Source: an uncultured archaeon
GTDB lineage: Archaea; Asgardarchaeota; Jordiarchaeia; Jordiarchaeales; Jordiarchaeaceae
Length of the DNA stretch: 26,662 nt
Direction of reading: 5' to 3'
NCBI GenBank assembly: GCA_964510585.1
Contig: CAZECW010000191.1
Coordinates: forward strand, 1-26,662
Below are positions 26,087 to 26,662 of this stretch, piece after piece; positions within the stretch are counted from its first letter, which is position 1, and each line of letters begins with the position of its first letter. The translations under genes were made by a program, and so were the position numbers. The notes under the pieces are model-generated. The model ran no database searches and had not been told where the DNA came from. It worked only from the letters and a program-made list of their open reading frames with translations.

Positions 26087-26662
26087 TTACACTTCTCTTA
26101 TTAAGGGCTCCACAGGAGTCTTGGTGAGCTTTTCAGCACCCTTCTTTGTGATGAGTATGGGTATTTCAAGTCTAAGGCCGCCCACCCCTGGATGGTTCAA
26201 CTGTATGAAGAGTTCTTCCACCATGTTCTCTTTGAACTCCATACTTGCCCAGGGCTCGAAGCTGCTTATGGGAGGATACCACTCATGGCCAACTATTCCC
26301 AGCCCATGGCCAAAAACTGGTGGAACATGTGGAAGATATTCAGTCTGGAAGAGCTTCTTAGAAACTTCGTTGGCGATTTCTCCAATTTTCATTCCCGGCT
26401 GTATATTGTCAAGCATGAAGTGCACTATTTCATTGTAGGTGTCTATGAGTTTCTGCTGCTTGGGCGTCGGCTTGCCCATAACAACATTGTATGCAAGGTC
26501 TGAGTAGTAGAGTTCATAGGTGCAGTGGAGATCTATGCAGACCACCTCTCCCTTCCTCACCTTCTTGTTGCTGGGCGGTGTACAGGCACACTTACTCAGG
26601 GCTCCACGCTCCCCAGAATAGATTTCGTCTCCCCCAGTTACTGGCCAGTTCCACATAGAACC
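26087..26662 (-). CDS. M24-family (Xaa-Pro aminopeptidase/creatinase-like) metallopeptidase, 5' partial
   Basis: Metal ligands in IDLHCTYELYYSD, FGHGLGIVGHE, MVEELF and GLRLE. The frame stays open to the window edge, so ATG 26656 is probably internal. Confidence 0.92.
   Translation of the reverse strand, partial: GSMWNWPVTGGDEIYSGERGALSKCACTPPSNKKVRKGEVVCIDLHCTYELYYSDLAYNVVMGKPTPKQQKLIDTYNEIVHFMLDNIQPGMKIGEIANEVSKKLFQTEYLPHVPPVFGHGLGIVGHEWYPPISSFEPWASMEFKENMVEELFIQLNHPGVGGLRLEIPILITKKGAEKLTKTPVEPLIREV

Noticed and set aside
25543-26503. Plus-strand ORFs 25543..25935, 25748..25978, 26040..26438 and 26192..26503
   Set aside because: Antisense shadows of the M24-SCP2-PrpD operon.

Overview
Archaeal-type window (TATA/BRE promoters, GGAGG/GAGGTG ribosome-binding sites, SmsCB Fe-S scaffold, DUF2153, AbrB-PhoU regulator). 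The host is inferred to be an Asgard archaeon from a membrane-anchored longin-like protein, a Roadblock/longin-like small protein and a stand-alone V4R/Bet3-fold protein; the host was not confirmed by any search. Gene order: bacterial-type SbcD(partial)-SbcC-HEAT; a split small ORF; DUF6506; a 1.3 kb decayed region with tandem palindromes and a frameshifted DUF2153 fragment; AbrB-PhoU-like regulator; DUF2153; a minus-strand run of beta-flower-like repeat protein, possible small membrane ORF, 16-Cys protein and V4R protein; a VapBC toxin-antitoxin pair; two methyltransferases; a frameshifted Cys-rich ORF; a double-cubane-type reductase with its ATP-dependent activator; scramblase/LURP-one paralog - Roadblock-like - scramblase/LURP-one paralog - glycosylated membrane longin protein; SmsCB (SufCB); a GT-B glycosyltransferase; and an M24 peptidase(partial)-SCP2-MmgE/PrpD operon. 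No rRNA, tRNA, CRISPR array or transposase was seen. Best candidate for an undescribed system: the 16.4-20.6 kb scramblase/Roadblock/longin-receptor cluster, with a third possible Tubby-like-fold protein (beta-flower) at 8.7-9.05 kb. All family calls come from motif recognition by eye, not database searches.
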